Source: a virus
Lineage: Duplodnaviria > Caudoviricetes
Virus record (IMG/VR): IMGVR_UViG_3300037067_019204
Span: 32,001-96,000 of that record
Length of the DNA stretch: 64,000 nucleotides
Reading direction: 5' to 3' (one strand)
The position numbers and the translations under genes are program-made. The notes below the pieces were generated by a model. That model saw only the letters and a list, made by a program, of their open reading frames with translations. It made no database searches and had not been told where the DNA came from. Below, in pieces: positions 38,969 to 49,001 of the stretch (its first letter is position 1; every line of letters begins with the position of its first letter).

Positions 38969-40888
38969 ATGCAAACACAGAGAATAAATAATCTATTTAG
39001 AGAATTTATACGAATTAAAAATTATTCAAAATGGGTTGATGAGAAAAATTGTAGAGAAACTTGGGAAGATACTGTTAATAGGTACTTTTCTTATATACAA
39101 AAAAATATAAAAACTGGAATAACAGAAAAAGAATACAAAGAATGTTATGAGTATGTATTAACTTATAAAGTTATGCCTAGTATGAGGGCTTTATGGAGTT
39201 CTGGACCTGCCGCAGATGCAGATAATTTGGCATTTTATAATTGTTCTTTTACAACAATAGAGTCTTTAAGGGATATGTCTGAAATATTATATATATTGAT
39301 GAATGGTTGTGGGGCAGGGTTTTCTGTAGAAAAAAAATATGTTAATAATATACCTGCTATTTGTGAGACACTAAAGAATACACAAGAAATACAAATAATA
39401 TTTGAAGATAGTAAATTAGGATGGGCAGAAGGATTTGAAAAAGTATTAAATTGTTTGTGGGAAGGAATTCCTTTTAAATGTGATTATAGTAAGCTTAGAC
39501 CTAGAGGTTCTATTTTAAAAACTTTTGGAGGCAGAGCTAGTGGTCCAGAGCCTTTAATAGACTTGGTTAAGTTTACAACAGAAATAGTGCAAAAAAATCG
39601 TGGTTTACAATTACAGCCAATAGATGTACATGATATTATATGTAAAATAGCAGAAATTGTAGTAGTTGGTGGAGTTAGAAGAAGTGCTCTTATTTCCCTT
39701 TCTGATTTGACAGATAAACAATTAGCTACAGCTAAATCAGGAGAATTTGCAAGGTTATATCCGCAACGACAACTTGCAAACAATAGTGTTGCTTATACAA
39801 GAATACCTGATATGGTATCTTTTTTAGAAGAATGGAAACATTTATATCAATCTAAAAGTGGTGAAAGGGGTATATTTAGTAGGGTAGCCGCGCAAACGAA
39901 AGGATTTGAAAATGATAGAAGAGATGGTTCTAAGATAATAGGTACAAATCCTTGCGGGGAAGTTTTATTACGATCAAAGCAATTGTGTAATTTAACAGAA
40001 GTTATAGTTAGACCGGAAGATACATTTGAAACTTTAAAAAGTAAAGTAAAAGTAGCTGCCACTTTAGGAACATGGCAAGCCTCTTTTACTAAATTTAATT
40101 ATGTTAGTACTACATGGGAAAAAAATTGTAAAGAAGAAGCTTTGCTTGGTGTATCTTTAACAGGACTTAGGGATCATCCTATACTTGGGCAGGTTAATGA
40201 TACAGCTAAAAAATGGTTGGCAGATTTAAAGCATATTGCTATACATACAAATAAAAAAGTAGCTACAAAAATAAATATTAATAGAGCTGCTGCAATTACA
40301 TGTGTTAAACCTTCTGGTACAGTTTCTTTATTAGTAGATAGTTCTGCTGGTGCACATGTGAGGCAAACAAAAACTGGATATTATTTACGAAGAGTTAGAC
40401 TATCATCTACTGATCCTATTTTTAAATTATTGAAAGATCAAGGAATGGAATTTAAATGTGAAATTGGGCAATCTCCTGATTCTTGTACCACATGGGTAGT
40501 AGAGTTTCCTTGTAAAGCACCTGTAAATGTAAGAACAAAATCTATTGAAACTGCTAAGGAACAATTGGAGTATTGGCAAATGTTAAGAAATTTTTGGTGT
40601 GAACACAATCCATCAATTACTATTACTGTTAAAGAGGATGAATGGTTGTACTCTGCGGCATGGGTTTATGAAAATTTTCAAGAAATAGGGGGGCTAACAT
40701 TTTTTCCTTCTTCTGAGCACACATATCAATTGGCACCATTTGAGGATATAGATAAAAAAACATATGAAATGCTTGTTTCCAAATTTCCTGATATAAATTT
40801 TTCAAAACTTTCAGAATATGAAAAAGATGATTTAACAGAAGGGTCTAAAGAATATGCCTGTGTAAGTGGAAGTTGTGAATTGAGGTAA
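38969..40888 (+). CDS. nrdJ: class II (AdoCbl-dependent) ribonucleotide reductase
   Basis: ETWEDTV.R, PSMRAL, NCSF, GGRASGP, GGVRRSA, GTNPCGE, LCNLTE, TCVKPSGT, C-terminal ACVSGSCE. Confidence 0.93.
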   Translation: MQTQRINNLFREFIRIKNYSKWVDEKNCRETWEDTVNRYFSYIQKNIKTGITEKEYKECYEYVLTYKVMPSMRALWSSGPAADADNLAFYNCSFTTIESLRDMSEILYILMNGCGAGFSVEKKYVNNIPAICETLKNTQEIQIIFEDSKLGWAEGFEKVLNCLWEGIPFKCDYSKLRPRGSILKTFGGRASGPEPLIDLVKFTTEIVQKNRGLQLQPIDVHDIICKIAEIVVVGGVRRSALISLSDLTDKQLATAKSGEFARLYPQRQLANNSVAYTRIPDMVSFLEEWKHLYQSKSGERGIFSRVAAQTKGFENDRRDGSKIIGTNPCGEVLLRSKQLCNLTEVIVRPEDTFETLKSKVKVAATLGTWQASFTKFNYVSTTWEKNCKEEALLGVSLTGLRDHPILGQVNDTAKKWLADLKHIAIHTNKKVATKININRAAAITCVKPSGTVSLLVDSSAGAHVRQTKTGYYLRRVRLSSTDPIFKLLKDQGMEFKCEIGQSPDSCTTWVVEFPCKAPVNVRTKSIETAKEQLEYWQMLRNFWCEHNPSITITVKEDEWLYSAAWVYENFQEIGGLTFFPSSEHTYQLAPFEDIDKKTYEMLVSKFPDINFSKLSEYEKDDLTEGSKEYACVSGSCELR

Positions 40889-40890
40889 AA

Positions 40891-41952
40891 ATGTATTCTG
40901 ATAAATTAGGTATTATTTATAAAGTAACAAATAGACTTAATAAAAAAGTTTATATTGGACAAACTGTGAAAAGTTTAGAAAAAAGAAAACTTGAGCATAT
41001 AAATACCTCTTATAGAGGAAGGGGGTTTTATTTTCATAGAGCTTTGCGGAAGTATTCATCTTCTGCCTTTATATGGGAAATTTTAGGAGAGGGTTTAACA
41101 AAAGATGAACGAGATTCTTGTGAAAAAACCTGTATAGAATTTTTTGATTCCACAAACCCTATTTATGGATATAATGTACATATAGGTGGGACAGGTGGAG
41201 ACACAATAACAAAAAATATTAACAAAGAAGAAATTAGAAAAAAAATATCCATATCTTGTAAAAATTTATCAAATGATAAAAAATTACATAGAAAAGAGGC
41301 TAGGGAAAAGTCTTATGAAAGAAATAATTCTAAAATTAATGCTGTATTAAAATTAAAAGAAACATTGTTAAATAACCCGGAAATAAAAATTAATGCAGAG
41401 AAAAAAAGACTTTTTACTATAAAAAATAAATATGATGATTTCTATACATACATTACAAAGAAACGTATGCAAACCGAAAAAGCTCATCCAGAGATTCAAG
41501 AAAAGAGAACTTTAAGTTATAAAACAACTTTAAAAAAGAATCCTGAAATAACTATAAAAAAAGTATTTTCTTTTAAAGAAACTCTATCTAAAAATCCTGA
41601 TATTATGAAAAAGTTAATTAAAAAAAGAGAAAAATTTTTAGAGCAAAATCCTAACTTTTTAAAAAAAGTTAATGATAAAAGATTGGAGTATGAAAGGCAA
41701 CATCCAGAGATTCAAAAGAAACGAACAGAATCTTATAAAAGGACACTTATTAATAACCCAGAAATAGCAAAAAATAGAGGAGAGAAGTATAAAAAAGATT
41801 GTGCTTTAAGGAATGATATTAAAAGTAGATGCGAAATGTTAATTAAAAATAATTCTAATATTGTTGTTAGTATTAATCCCCCATCAAATCATAAAGGAAG
41901 TAAAGTATGGGAAGATTTTGAGAAAACACTCATTTTAATGTTAAAATCTTAA
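40891..41952 (+). CDS. GIY-YIG homing endonuclease with ~18-aa helical repeats
   Basis: IIYKVTN..NKKVYIGQT...R..EH...GYN...GG; repeated (N/H)PEI..K units. Confidence 0.85.
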   Translation: MYSDKLGIIYKVTNRLNKKVYIGQTVKSLEKRKLEHINTSYRGRGFYFHRALRKYSSSAFIWEILGEGLTKDERDSCEKTCIEFFDSTNPIYGYNVHIGGTGGDTITKNINKEEIRKKISISCKNLSNDKKLHRKEAREKSYERNNSKINAVLKLKETLLNNPEIKINAEKKRLFTIKNKYDDFYTYITKKRMQTEKAHPEIQEKRTLSYKTTLKKNPEITIKKVFSFKETLSKNPDIMKKLIKKREKFLEQNPNFLKKVNDKRLEYERQHPEIQKKRTESYKRTLINNPEIAKNRGEKYKKDCALRNDIKSRCEMLIKNNSNIVVSINPPSNHKGSKVWEDFEKTLILMLKS

Positions 41953-41966
41953 TAGGTTAAATATAA

Positions 41967-42017
41967 AAATGCTCAAATCCTGAATGTGGTTTTTCTAAAT
42001 GTGGGTATATTATCTAA
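41967..42017 (+). pseudogene. relic C-terminal zinc-ribbon fragment of a different NrdJ-type gene
   Basis: startless frame KCSNPECGFSKCGYII* right after the homing endonuclease. Confidence 0.5.
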
Positions 42018-42083
42018 ATATAGGTAAAAATACTTAATTATTTGATTAAATTTTCTAGTTTTTATATTAGTTAAAGAGGAAAA

Positions 42084-42350
42084 ATGATAACATATACTGA
42101 AATGCAATTTCATATTAATGAAATATATAGATATTGTAATGAAATTATTGATAATTTAGATGGTGTAAAAAATATCAACAAAAAAAAGGATATATCTGCT
42201 TTTTTAGATAGAATAAGTGAATGCTCAATTAATATTCAAGGATGTGCTGAAATAGTTGGTCTATCTATTCATGAAATCTTTGATATAAATCAAAGAATGG
42301 TTAGTAAGTTTAAGGAAATAGAATCAGACATAGACGATATGGACGAATAG
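42084..42350 (+). CDS. hypothetical protein
   Basis: GAGGA RBS, 88 aa. Confidence 0.6.
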   Translation: MITYTEMQFHINEIYRYCNEIIDNLDGVKNINKKKDISAFLDRISECSINIQGCAEIVGLSIHEIFDINQRMVSKFKEIESDIDDMDE

Positions 42351-42387
42351 TTGTAATAATACAATATTAAACATGGAGAACAAATAA

Positions 42388-42618
42388 ATGAGAATAGTAG
42401 AAAAGCCAGCTAATGATAGTATTGATTATTCTAAAGTAGTATTTCCTTTTTCATTTGTATCTTACAACCCAAATTTATTATTAAATGAATTTATGGGATT
42501 AATTTGGTTGGAATCAATTTCATCAAAGTCTCAAAAAAGGAATGGATTTAATAATATCCATGATTGTGAAGGAGATTGTAATAATTGCCTCAATTGCGGA
42601 GATGAAGATGGTGAATAA
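42388..42618 (+). CDS. small protein with Cys-rich C-terminus
   Basis: GGAG RBS; CEGDCNNCLNC. Confidence 0.6.
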   Translation: MRIVEKPANDSIDYSKVVFPFSFVSYNPNLLLNEFMGLIWLESISSKSQKRNGFNNIHDCEGDCNNCLNCGDEDGE

Positions 42619-42635
42619 CATAGGGGATTTAAAAA

Positions 42636-43319
42636 ATGGATATACTATTTGATATAAGTGAACTAAAATGTAATAGAATTTTAGTTGTTGGTGAATTAAA
42701 TGGGGATTATGATGCTCTTATACGGTTATTATATCAACAAAGATTTACACACGCTGATGTTTTAATTTCCATAGGAAATTTTATTAATTTAGATGATTCT
42801 CCAGAAAAATCAATGGAATTAACTACTTTTTTGAGAAATTCTGTTAATTGTTTTTCTGTACGAGGATATTTGGAAAATAAATTTCTTAAAGATATACAAA
42901 ATCCAGAAAAAGTATTAGAAATAAACAAAAAACTTGGTTCTAAAATAAATGATCAAATTGTGAATTATGTACAGGAATTACCTCTTGTTATAAAATATAG
43001 AGATTATCTTATTATGAATGCTGGTCTTGTCCCATCTAAATCTTTTGATGAGCAAGATCCTGAAGTTTTTTATTCTATAGGAGAATATGATAAAGATAGT
43101 CGTTTTTATAAAGATTCAAAGGATGAATCTTCTTGGTACAACACTGAATATATTATGAAAGGCAAACATACAAAAATATGCTTTGGGAATATATATTTAT
43201 CTAATATTGAGGTTCCTGCTGGGTATAACCTTGGAAGAATAAAAAACCCACCATCTGAATTAAGATCCTTAGTTATTGAAAAAACATTACCACAACCAAT
43301 TATAGTCACAACCCAATAA
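42636..43319 (+). CDS. PPP/ApaH-like metallophosphoesterase fold, degenerate active site
   Basis: VVGELNG, SIGNFIN, VRGYLE, MNAG, CFGN at the positions of GDxHG, GDxxDRG, RGNHE, HAG, GH. Confidence 0.7.
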   Translation: MDILFDISELKCNRILVVGELNGDYDALIRLLYQQRFTHADVLISIGNFINLDDSPEKSMELTTFLRNSVNCFSVRGYLENKFLKDIQNPEKVLEINKKLGSKINDQIVNYVQELPLVIKYRDYLIMNAGLVPSKSFDEQDPEVFYSIGEYDKDSRFYKDSKDESSWYNTEYIMKGKHTKICFGNIYLSNIEVPAGYNLGRIKNPPSELRSLVIEKTLPQPIIVTTQ

Positions 43320-43333
43320 AAAGGAGATTTTAT

Positions 43334-43525
43334 ATGAGTCAAAAAATAAAAATAACTATCGAAATTGAGAAAGAAAATGATATAATACCTCAAATATTAT
43401 ATGTTCCTCCGTATCCATATTATAATTGGCCATCTCCATATCCATATTGTCCATCTACTGTTCCATATAATACTCTTTATGAATATTATAATACGTGCGG
43501 GCCTTCTTTTTCCTATTTGGTATAA
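43334..43525 (+). CDS. small Pro/Tyr-rich protein
   Basis: AAGGAG RBS, 63 aa. Confidence 0.5.
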   Translation: MSQKIKITIEIEKENDIIPQILYVPPYPYYNWPSPYPYCPSTVPYNTLYEYYNTCGPSFSYLV

Positions 43526-43601
43526 AATAGTGTAAAATAACTTAATTTTGTTAATAAAAAGCTTATTATTTTGATAATATTGTTTAGGAGGCTTTATACA
43601 A

Positions 43602-44072
43602 ATGAGTAGAGAACAAAAAAGATGGACAGGTCCAGACGCTGAATATATAGTTCCGTTGTATAGATTGGCTATGTCGCATAATGTTGATAATGAACGTATT
43701 GCTGAATGGATGGCCATAAATGGCCTTAGATATTCTAATCAAATGGTTAAAAGAACTTTGAAAATGGCAAAAAGAGAAGATCTTATTGATTATTTAATTA
43801 AAGAAGAAGATATAAAAATAGGTGATACTGTAAAGTCTAGAATGACAGGTCGAATAGGAGATGTTTCTCAAATACGTCCTGATGGTGATACAATTGTAGT
43901 TAGATGGGATACTGGTGGGTCACAACCTTTATCAAAAGAAAGTGTTTTTAAATTAAAGTCTAAAGAGTCCGAAATAACAGACAATAAAGACTTTAAAAAA
44001 GTGCATAATCATTCTGATGATACTTATAAAGTGATGAATGAAAAAAAGCTTTTTGAAAGAAAACCTGAATAA
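43602..44072 (+). CDS. hypothetical protein with SH3-like barrel
   Basis: AGGAGG RBS; IKIGDTVKS..TGRIGDV...IVVRWD. Confidence 0.65.
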   Translation: MSREQKRWTGPDAEYIVPLYRLAMSHNVDNERIAEWMAINGLRYSNQMVKRTLKMAKREDLIDYLIKEEDIKIGDTVKSRMTGRIGDVSQIRPDGDTIVVRWDTGGSQPLSKESVFKLKSKESEITDNKDFKKVHNHSDDTYKVMNEKKLFERKPE

Positions 44073-44092
44073 AAAATATTAGGAGATATAAT

Positions 44093-44251
44093 ATGAAAGA
44101 TAAAAAAGACAATGTTAAAAAACTTATTGAAGATATGATTACACGAGTATTTGGTGGTGCTGTTCCTGAAACAGTAATACGTCCCCTTGTTGACAAAATA
44201 GACGCAGTTTACTCTGTAGTAAAAGAAGAGAAAAAATCAACCAGAAAATAG
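44093..44251 (+). CDS. small hypothetical protein, 52 aa (not in ORF track)
   Basis: AGGAG RBS; MKDKKDNVKKLIEDMITRVFGGAVPETVIRPLVDKIDAVYSVVKEEKKSTRK*. Confidence 0.6.
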   Translation: MKDKKDNVKKLIEDMITRVFGGAVPETVIRPLVDKIDAVYSVVKEEKKSTRK

Positions 44252-44257
44252 TGATTT

Positions 44258-45187
44258 GTGAGTATACTTGATTATCAAAAAAAAGAACTCGCCCCTGAAA
44301 TATGGCGCGATGGTGGTGAATTAAGACGGGGGGTTAAAGAATTTATAATCTCCTGCGTTCGTGGTTTTTTTGATAGTTATAACATTGCTGGTTATGATTC
44401 TTTTATTAAAAGATTGTTTATTGGGTCTTCTTTAGCAACATTCTTTTATACTGAAATATCTGATTTAGATGTAAAAATTGTTATTGATACTGAAGAATTT
44501 AAAAAATATAATGCCCAATATTCTAATCCATCTGATGACGAGATATTAACATATCTTTTAAAAGAAGGTAGAAAAAGTTTTTGGTTAACAGCCGCTGTTC
44601 CCGGAACAATGCATACATTGGATTTTTATTTTGTTTCTCTAAAAGAAACAAAGCATATTAATCTATTAAAGTATGATAGCCTCTATGATGTTACAAACAA
44701 TAGATGGATTAAAGAACCTCAACAATTACCTGAGGGATATTCCCCTTCTTTAATTTTAAACTACGCAAAAGAGAAATCTCAGTCTTACTTAAGAAATATC
44801 ACACTTGAAATAGCTCAAACTCAATATGACACCATTGATTTAAAAATGTTGTTAGATTTTCTCAAAACAATGGATTCTGAGGATTTAAAGAATTTTGCAA
44901 GTGATATATCTAAATCTTTGCAGGAAATTAATACTGATCTTGAAAAATTAATGGAAAGTTATGAAGTTGTTAAAGAATTGAGGAAAAAAACCTTTAAAAA
45001 AGAAGAGCTTAATTCTCAATTAGAAAAAATAATGGGTTCAATTAATTACTCAGATGAAAATTTAGTATTTAAAATATTGCAAAGATATGGTTATATGAGG
45101 ATATTAAGCGAAATAAAAAACCTATTAGAAAAAGGTCATATATCTATATCAGAAATAGATGATCTTTCTGATGTGCTTGGGATTTAG
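44258..45187 (+). CDS. Pol-beta superfamily nucleotidyltransferase
   Basis: FIGSS...SDLDVKIV, LDFYF, YDV..NRWIKEP, ENLVFKILQR.GY. Confidence 0.75.
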   Translation: MSILDYQKKELAPEIWRDGGELRRGVKEFIISCVRGFFDSYNIAGYDSFIKRLFIGSSLATFFYTEISDLDVKIVIDTEEFKKYNAQYSNPSDDEILTYLLKEGRKSFWLTAAVPGTMHTLDFYFVSLKETKHINLLKYDSLYDVTNNRWIKEPQQLPEGYSPSLILNYAKEKSQSYLRNITLEIAQTQYDTIDLKMLLDFLKTMDSEDLKNFASDISKSLQEINTDLEKLMESYEVVKELRKKTFKKEELNSQLEKIMGSINYSDENLVFKILQRYGYMRILSEIKNLLEKGHISISEIDDLSDVLGI

Positions 45188-45189
45188 TA

Positions 45190-46473
45190 ATGTCTGATCA
45201 AACAAAAGAAGCCATAAGTTTAAAAGATATAAAATCTCTTTTTACTTTTTCTCCTGAAGATTTTGCTCTTACCTCAAAAGATTTAGGTGATGTTGCTCTA
45301 GATCAACAACCTCCTGTTGAACAAACAGAAGATATTACACCTATTACAAAGCAAGCACCACCACGTCCTAAAAGAGTAAAAAACCAACTATCACCCTTTT
45401 TTGATTATAGTATATCTGATTTGGATTTTCATTTAGATGAATTTGACCAAGCTGGGAATAGAAAAAAAGAATTAGAAGAACAATCTAGAGAACCAAAAAA
45501 AGAACCACCTATTGAAGAGGAAGTAACTGTTTCAGAAGTAAGGGAAGAAACAGGAGAAGCACAAGAGTATCCCTATAAATTACATTTACCCCCAGAATTA
45601 GCAACAAGAATTGGAGAACCTACTGTGGATCATTCATATTCTGCTCTTATGTATCTTCAATCTTTAGGATATAAAAAATTTGACTTTTTTGCAAATCCAG
45701 CGCATACACATAAATATGATGTTTGTGATGCTTTATCACGAATGAGTCCGTGGAGTTTAGATTATGTATTAAGAGATGCAGAAAGTCATTCACAATTAAA
45801 AGGATACCCAGTAGCACCCCTATTTCATTTTGCACATGTTAATTGTCAGGGGTATGTAGTTGTATCTCCTCCTACTACTATAGATGATATTCCTGATGAT
45901 GCTCCCGGTTTGCACATGTGGGAAGATGAATCTGAAATAAGAAGAGAAAAAGAAACTTTATTATCAAAACTTGCCCCTGTTATTGTAAATAGATTTACAT
46001 TAGCTCCTAATATGTTTGAGAAAATTCAAACAATGCAGATTCCTTCTACATCAACTGTTCGTTTACATGAATGGTATGAAACACTCCCCATTAGAAAGAA
46101 AAAAGGAAGTCAATGGAATCATAATGTAAAACCAGTGAAAGTCAAAACAACTCTTTTTATTAGAGATAAGTTGGGTTTGGTTCAACTTTTAAATAAAGAT
46201 ATGGTTGGGTTAGAAACTGAATCATACAATCAAATTTCAAAAGTATTTTTTCCATCATTGGAAATAAATGTAACTGTTCCTATTAGTGGAATAGAATCAT
46301 TACCTTTAAAAATAGCTTTAAGTGGAGATGCAAAAGAAGGTTCTTTTGTTTTGATTGAAGATGAAGATCTTGGTATTTCTTTAGGACAAGTTGGTGAAAA
46401 TTTGTATGTCTATGATCCTTCTTTTGATATGATTGTAGAGACAGATGATTGGCAATTATTAGAAACTGCTTAG
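45190..46473 (+). CDS. MuF/gp7-like head morphogenesis protein
   Basis: DVCDAL...PLFHFAHVNCQG resembles the MuF C..C...HPNCRC motif; KxA motifs. Confidence 0.45.
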   Translation: MSDQTKEAISLKDIKSLFTFSPEDFALTSKDLGDVALDQQPPVEQTEDITPITKQAPPRPKRVKNQLSPFFDYSISDLDFHLDEFDQAGNRKKELEEQSREPKKEPPIEEEVTVSEVREETGEAQEYPYKLHLPPELATRIGEPTVDHSYSALMYLQSLGYKKFDFFANPAHTHKYDVCDALSRMSPWSLDYVLRDAESHSQLKGYPVAPLFHFAHVNCQGYVVVSPPTTIDDIPDDAPGLHMWEDESEIRREKETLLSKLAPVIVNRFTLAPNMFEKIQTMQIPSTSTVRLHEWYETLPIRKKKGSQWNHNVKPVKVKTTLFIRDKLGLVQLLNKDMVGLETESYNQISKVFFPSLEINVTVPISGIESLPLKIALSGDAKEGSFVLIEDEDLGISLGQVGENLYVYDPSFDMIVETDDWQLLETA

Positions 46474-46491
46474 TTCATTCAAATTTGAATA

Positions 46492-46513
46492 ACGATTATG
46501 GAGCCATAATCGT
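46492..46513. repeat. 22-bp dispersed palindrome copy 5 (perfect)
   Basis: ACGATTATGG-AG-CCATAATCGT. Confidence 0.8.
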
Positions 46514-46585
46514 ATTAATTTTATTAGGAAGATTCATCTACCATGTGTAGAATGAGTTCTTGAATTGTTACACAATTCGTGCAGG

Positions 46586-46621
46586 AAAAACAAAGCCTAC
46601 TGAAAAGTAGGCTTTGTTTTT
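46586..46621. terminator. bidirectional terminator between convergent genes
   Basis: AAAAACAAAGCCTACT-gaaa-AGTAGGCTTTGTTTTT. Confidence 0.75.
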
Positions 46622-48269
46622 ATAGCTTCCATTTATTTTTAATGGAGACCACTAATTGTTTTTTTCCATTGGGGTATAATATTGCCGATGCTGGTAGCCA
46701 TGTTGATGAACCACCTAAATTATAATCTAATTTTAGAAATGTAGATGTTCCTACAATTATTGTATTTCTAAAAATTCCCGGTGTGTGGGCATGAGCAACA
46801 ATGCTATTGTTAAAAGCTTTCTCTAAAGAAGTAACACCTTTACTCTTTAAACTATTAGTTGATTTATGACCATGATACCCAATATGAACATTGTGTATCT
46901 TATAATCAATTCCCTCCTTTAGCCACTTTGCTTTTACAGAAGGAAATGTTTCTTTTATATATTCTTCTATTGGATTTTTTTCATCAAGTATCCACAATGC
47001 TAATTTTAAAGATAACCTATGGTTTGTTCTATCATTAATATACTCTCCCCCAACAAGGTATCTTTTTAAGAAATCATCATGATTAGAATAAACAACAAGT
47101 AACTCCTGATCAGGAAACTCAGAATTCCATAATTTAAGAGTTGACCCAATTAAATTTAATTCTTTTTCTAAAGTGGATACATTTTCTTGTCTATTTACTT
47201 GTCTTTCCATATTTCTTTTATGAAAAGGATTAATACTATGACCATCAAATAAGTCATGAAATACAATATACTTTGGATTTGTTTCTTTCACACATTCTTT
47301 CCAATTTTGTATTACAGAAGGATCTTCAAATCCCGTATGATAATCACCTAGTACAATAGCAGATGCTCTTTTCTGAACAATTTTATCTTTTATGTAATAT
47401 TTTCCTAAATCAAAAAAACCTCCCTGATCATCACTAACAGCTTGCCTTATATGGAACATTTTATTATCACGTATTTCAACAATTAATCCACCACAACAAT
47501 GATCTTGATCTGCCAAACGGCCAATTCTTGTTGTAGCATATTTTGGTGATGACACACACCCTGTACTATGTATAATATGTGGGAGTGATTCACTACTTAC
47601 AGGAGCAATACACATAAATTGTTTTGGTGAAGCTATAATTAAGGAGTATTGTCGTTGTCCAAAACGTTGCAATCCTTCCAATGGATTAATTTGTTGTGGA
47701 CTAATCATGAAATCTTTAGCAACAAGATTTGAATTAAATCTGAATTCAGTTGCAAAGTGGTCTGAATACTCTAATAATTCTTCTGGATAGTACTCATCTT
47801 CTACATTTATACCTTTCATGGGAAGTATTACTAATTCTGCCTTATTATTTTTGCAATATGTAAGTATACTATTAAAAAATGATTGATTTAATTTTGCCCC
47901 TGCTATTGCACTTGTAACAAAATAACGTCTGGGTTCTATTTTTGTTTCATCATTTTTTACTATATCAATATTAATTCTTTCTGTGTAAATAATGCTTTCT
48001 GGTTGTTGCGCATTATAATTTTTGAGGGAGGAAAAGGCGGCTTTTTTGAAATTTGAAAATGTACCAAAGAGGGAAGTCCATTCATTTTCTTTACGTATGC
48101 TCTTTGTTCTATAATAATCTCTAGTTATTGCGCCGGAAAGACCTTCTTTTTTATGTTGTTCATTTATTTTTAATAAATCTTTAATAAGTTCTTGTTTTAG
48201 TTCATTTTTTTCTTTTTGTTCATTTTCATTTTTATCTTTTTTACTCTTACTCTCTGAGGATATCAACAT
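46620..48269 (-). CDS. T5 A1-like protein with C-terminal metallophosphoesterase domain
   Basis: RYFVTSA, LGDYH, HDLFDG, SNHD, YHGH, AHAHTP, VGTS. Confidence 0.65.
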   Translation of the reverse strand: MLISSESKSKKDKNENEQKEKNELKQELIKDLLKINEQHKKEGLSGAITRDYYRTKSIRKENEWTSLFGTFSNFKKAAFSSLKNYNAQQPESIIYTERINIDIVKNDETKIEPRRYFVTSAIAGAKLNQSFFNSILTYCKNNKAELVILPMKGINVEDEYYPEELLEYSDHFATEFRFNSNLVAKDFMISPQQINPLEGLQRFGQRQYSLIIASPKQFMCIAPVSSESLPHIIHSTGCVSSPKYATTRIGRLADQDHCCGGLIVEIRDNKMFHIRQAVSDDQGGFFDLGKYYIKDKIVQKRASAIVLGDYHTGFEDPSVIQNWKECVKETNPKYIVFHDLFDGHSINPFHKRNMERQVNRQENVSTLEKELNLIGSTLKLWNSEFPDQELLVVYSNHDDFLKRYLVGGEYINDRTNHRLSLKLALWILDEKNPIEEYIKETFPSVKAKWLKEGIDYKIHNVHIGYHGHKSTNSLKSKGVTSLEKAFNNSIVAHAHTPGIFRNTIIVGTSTFLKLDYNLGGSSTWLPASAILYPNGKKQLVVSIKNKWKL

Positions 48270-48358
48270 ATTGTTTTTCTCCTGTATTTGTTGTATAAAT
48301 AATATAATACAGAAATAGAATCTGAGGTTTGTTTTACAATAAAATTATGTTTCATATG

Positions 48359-48886
48359 TTATTCATCTAACAATGTGTGGTCGATCTCATAATTTGTTGT
48401 TCCTGTATTTATAATTTTTTTTATTCTTGACATATAGTCTAGTCTCATTTTAGGATTATTACATCTTTTATATAAAGAGACTAATTTATTTAATTCTTTT
48501 CTTCTTAACAATTTTATAATTGTGTTTATAAAAGTAGAATCAGGGAAAGGGGGAGTATAAATATAATATGCTTTATTTGGTAACAATTTTATTAATTTAT
48601 ATTTTTCGAGTTTTTTTAAACGATAAATCTGAGTTGACTCATTTGTCCCTAAAGCTATAGCTAAATAATCTAAACTTGGGTTACATATAGGATCTTTGTG
48701 TTTTTTATAATTAATATCACTTAAATCCTTTAAAAGATAATATGTCTCTTTTTCTTGGGTGGATAAGACTTTATACCCCAATCTAACATAAATTAGGGGA
48801 TTGATTGGTTTTGAGATATTAAGCTCTTGTAGTAGTTCTTCTACTCGGCGTTTCCCAAAAGGAGATGTTATAATAAACCAGTTCAT
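48359..48886 (-). CDS. winged-helix (Rep/initiator-like) protein, paralog 2
   Basis: aligns end to end with 27888..28427 (WF, LGYK.L..Q.KETYY.L, SLD..A.ALGT...TQ, P.PDST...T.IKL.RRK.L). Confidence 0.65.
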   Translation of the reverse strand: MNWFIITSPFGKRRVEELLQELNISKPINPLIYVRLGYKVLSTQEKETYYLLKDLSDINYKKHKDPICNPSLDYLAIALGTNESTQIYRLKKLEKYKLIKLLPNKAYYIYTPPFPDSTFINTIIKLLRRKELNKLVSLYKRCNNPKMRLDYMSRIKKIINTGTTNYEIDHTLLDE

Positions 48887-49001
48887 ATTTACAACTATAA
48901 AAAATTATTTTTTATTTGACAAGAAAAAAATAAAAATTATTATGGATTTATCAAAAAAAATATAGTATATTGAATACATATAAAAAGGAGATTATAAGAC
49001 A

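Noticed and set aside
46520-46585. Small hairpins between palindrome copy 5 and the terminator
   Set aside because: Weak stems and no promoter; insufficient evidence for an ncRNA
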